Part shown: piece by piece, positions 35,113 to 37,326 of the stretch | Position numbering within the stretch: position 1 is the first letter of the stretch | Layout of the letters: the number at the start of each line of letters is the position of its first letter | From: a virus | Strand: one strand, 5' to 3' | IMG/VR virus record: IMGVR_UViG_3300025381_000007 | DNA length: 37,326 nucleotides | Made by a program: the position numbers and the translations under genes | Notes under the pieces: model-generated | Databases searched by the model: none | Told to the model about the DNA's origin: nothing | Seen by the model: the letters and a program-made list of their open reading frames with translations, nothing else

Positions 35113-35712
35113 TTATTTCTTCCTTGGGTCGTAGTCCGTTTGTTCAATAGGACTCTTGTTATTGTAAGGTGAATCGACGTTGTATGTTGCCGCACCTTCT
35201 GTGGGAATTTCTTCTCCACGAGCTTTACGTTGTAGTTTTAATAGATCGTTAAGTTCTTTAACAAATCCGCTATTGTATTTGTCACCGTAGTAATCTTCAA
35301 ACTGAGGATTACCTGCTTCTTTATATTCTGGATCATTCAACAATGCACCTTCACGTTCGGCCATTGGAGTTTGATATTGTTCGCTGGGTTCATTAGGACG
35401 AACTACTGCTAGGTTTTGTTTGTTAACACCTAATCCAGTGCTTAGATACTCCATTAATTCAAACTGTGTAGTAGGATAATCTACAGTAACTTCGTAGATA
35501 TGAACTTCACAGTTGCGAACTTGTGGGAAGTCTAATGGTAATGATTGAACAGGGGTAGTCTTTACTTTCTTGAAAGAATCTACCTTAAAACGTTCCATCA
35601 TGGTCTTAAGTTTTGCTTCTTGCTCGGTGGTAAAGTCACCTGCCACTTTAACACGGAAATCGTGTTTTTGAGCATTAAGACTTTCAGATAGGTATTCTTT
35701 GAAGTTTTTCAT
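35113..35712 (-). CDS. Hypothetical head-associated protein with capsid-targeting-like N-terminus
   Basis: MKNFKEYLSE; TAAATA 8 nt upstream. Confidence 0.7.
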   Translation of the reverse strand: MKNFKEYLSESLNAQKHDFRVKVAGDFTTEQEAKLKTMMERFKVDSFKKVKTTPVQSLPLDFPQVRNCEVHIYEVTVDYPTTQFELMEYLSTGLGVNKQNLAVVRPNEPSEQYQTPMAEREGALLNDPEYKEAGNPQFEDYYGDKYNSGFVKELNDLLKLQRKARGEEIPTEGAATYNVDSPYNNKSPIEQTDYDPRKK

Positions 35713-35719
35713 AGTGTGT

Positions 35720-36199
35720 TTATTTATTCAGATTCTTTAGTTTTTCTAGTATGGAATTACGGTCTGTAAGAATGAACCCCTGTCCTTCTACAGTTCCAGT
35801 ATCTCCGCTATCATTGCCATGTTTCTTATCAATGGCCAACTTTTTAAGTTGTAGATCTACCATCTTTAACTTTTTATCAATCTTATTAGTCTTAGCAGTA
35901 ATGGCTGCGGTCATCATTTGTGCTGCTACTTCAAACATACGTGTACTATACCGTGCTTCTACATTCATGCCCAGATCCATTAGATCATTATAGGCTTGTT
36001 CTGCTTTAGCAGCAAGAGAATCTAGCTCACTGTCTGCAATATCGCCTAGACCTTTTACACGAGGTAATGCGGCAGCGATTTTGTCAAATTCCTCTAATCT
36101 ATCTTCTAGACTGATAACTTCTGCAACAACAGGTTCAGGAGCTGCTAGTGGTTCTTCGTTTTTAGGAAGGTCAAAAAGTTCTTCGAGTTTTTTTGTCAT
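35720..36199 (-). CDS. Terminase small subunit (T4 gp16-like)
   Basis: RMFEVAAQMM resembles the gp16 R..EV...LM motif; helical; close to terL. Confidence 0.6.
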   Translation of the reverse strand: MTKKLEELFDLPKNEEPLAAPEPVVAEVISLEDRLEEFDKIAAALPRVKGLGDIADSELDSLAAKAEQAYNDLMDLGMNVEARYSTRMFEVAAQMMTAAITAKTNKIDKKLKMVDLQLKKLAIDKKHGNDSGDTGTVEGQGFILTDRNSILEKLKNLNK

Positions 36200-36238
36200 A
36201 AACTTACTTATACTTCCTAAATCTGCTTTAAGATTTTT

Positions 36239-37033
36239 TTATTGTGTAATCCACGGCAACTTACTAGCAACAAACGAAGCCTGTGTAGCCAAGAATCTAG
36301 AATATTTTTCTTGTATTTGCGGAGTAACAGTACCACCGGTAGCCTGTGCCAATGTTGCTAACACAGTCGACGAGTTCGCTGTAATATCGGACATTTTGAT
36401 AGTGTAGATAGAATCCTTGTATTGTGTAGGAAACTCATATCCTTCTGCATATATTTCTGTCGGTGCTAAGGGAGGAGCAAATGCTAGTTCAGCCACATCA
36501 GCCGTTAGTTGGTCTGGAGAGGAAACACCTTCTAACTGTGGGAAATAATCTTTCATATCGATCCACAGATTATTCCATCCGTAAATAGCAGGATCAGTTT
36601 TGGCAGGATCCCAAAATTCAACTGTATTATTATAAAACTGGTTTCCTCTGATTCTTGAACTATCAGCTTCCTCAAAAGTCACAACTATATTAGTGCATGA
36701 TGAAAATCTTGTATAGAGAGCATTATAATCTGGTACTAGATTTGAAAATAGTGCCAACGGTTTTGTAGGGTCAACTGGGCAAGCAAACTCGTAGATTTGC
36801 AATGTTGCTGTAGAAGTAGGAGAATCTACTTCAGGATATAAAGGTAAATTTATTTGATTATCACCTAGTCGAGTTAAACCTGCTCGTGCGCTTCCGTAGG
36901 TAGTAAGCGACGAATCGGCATAGCCGTAGAGTAAATCTGCAACCAGATCGCAAATGAACTCCCCGTGTGTACCATCTCGATAGTTTATATAAACTACTTG
37001 AGTGTTTGGAAATTTTGGTGCAGTTTCGCTCAT
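36239..37033 (-). CDS. Divergent sulfotransferase-like protein, paralog of 13097-13906
   Basis: YINYRDGTHGEFI and TIKMSDITANSSTVLATLAQATG. Confidence 0.5.
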   Translation of the reverse strand: MSETAPKFPNTQVVYINYRDGTHGEFICDLVADLLYGYADSSLTTYGSARAGLTRLGDNQINLPLYPEVDSPTSTATLQIYEFACPVDPTKPLALFSNLVPDYNALYTRFSSCTNIVVTFEEADSSRIRGNQFYNNTVEFWDPAKTDPAIYGWNNLWIDMKDYFPQLEGVSSPDQLTADVAELAFAPPLAPTEIYAEGYEFPTQYKDSIYTIKMSDITANSSTVLATLAQATGGTVTPQIQEKYSRFLATQASFVASKLPWITQ

Positions 37034-37045
37034 ATTCTAATCCTT

Positions 37046-37326
37046 TTATTTTTGAAAAATATCTTTTTCGTTAATTACTCTAAATTTTATTCCCTGATTT
37101 CTACACCAGGAACTAGCAGCTTGCCATTTGGCCATATTCTTAATATACTGTGCCTGGTTATAGGGATTCTTACCTACCTTTTCTGCAATCATTTGATTAG
37201 CAGGTTTAATCTCTACTAACTCTACATGACTCTTCTGGTTCCTGTCTGTATATTTAATCAAAAAGTCAGGAACATACACAGTTTGTTTACCAGTTAAGGG
37301 GTCTCTGTAAGGAATTTTAACCGGTT
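37046..37326 (-). CDS. Head-completion nuclease (T4 gp4 / TnsA-N PD-(D/E)XK type), 5' end off window
   Basis: IPYRDPLTGKQTVYVPDF...VEIKP...N.AKW.AA..WC...G..F....E. Confidence 0.85.
   Translation of the reverse strand, partial: PVKIPYRDPLTGKQTVYVPDFLIKYTDRNQKSHVELVEIKPANQMIAEKVGKNPYNQAQYIKNMAKWQAASSWCRNQGIKFRVINEKDIFQK

Noticed and set aside
17193-37219. Short plus-strand ORFs overlapping core genes
   Set aside because: Antisense shadows of well-supported minus-strand genes; 20382-20762 is kept as real.
1-37326. Stop-codon reassignment, DGR/retron or integron integrase
   Set aside because: Core genes are intact under code 11 and all three stops are used; no reverse transcriptase or tyrosine recombinase in the window.

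Overview
A 37 kb segment of a large lytic tailed phage with a T4-like core. It uses the standard genetic code and has no CRISPR, tRNA or integrase. Left end (1-3.7 kb): a partial Gly-rich gp38-like adhesin, small ORFs and repeat-rich spacers. From 3.0 to 12.4 kb: an early or host-takeover island of about 35 tiny ORFs. Almost every one has its own consensus sigma70 promoter (22 on +, 2 divergent on -) and a shared CA-rich leader (ACACTA...AGGAGCA). The island ends in a terminator, a 10x12-bp tandem array and AT-rich palindromes. From 13 to 37 kb, mostly on the minus strand: accessory enzymes (SAM methyltransferase, HAD 5'-nucleotidase, nucleotidyltransferase, YqgE, two sulfotransferase-like paralogs), gp41 helicase, primase, a ~200-aa miniature DnaE, an ADP-heptose module, UvsW/UvsY/UvsX, gp32, both terminase subunits and a gp4-like nuclease. 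Many of these follow TAAATA late promoters with apparently leaderless starts. The top candidate novelty is a four-hairpin RNA at 8682-8797 whose unpaired segments (UAGUGU x3, UUGCUCC) are complementary to the two conserved elements of the early leaders, suggesting one sRNA that could shut off the early regulon. All calls come from motif recognition by eye; no searches were run.
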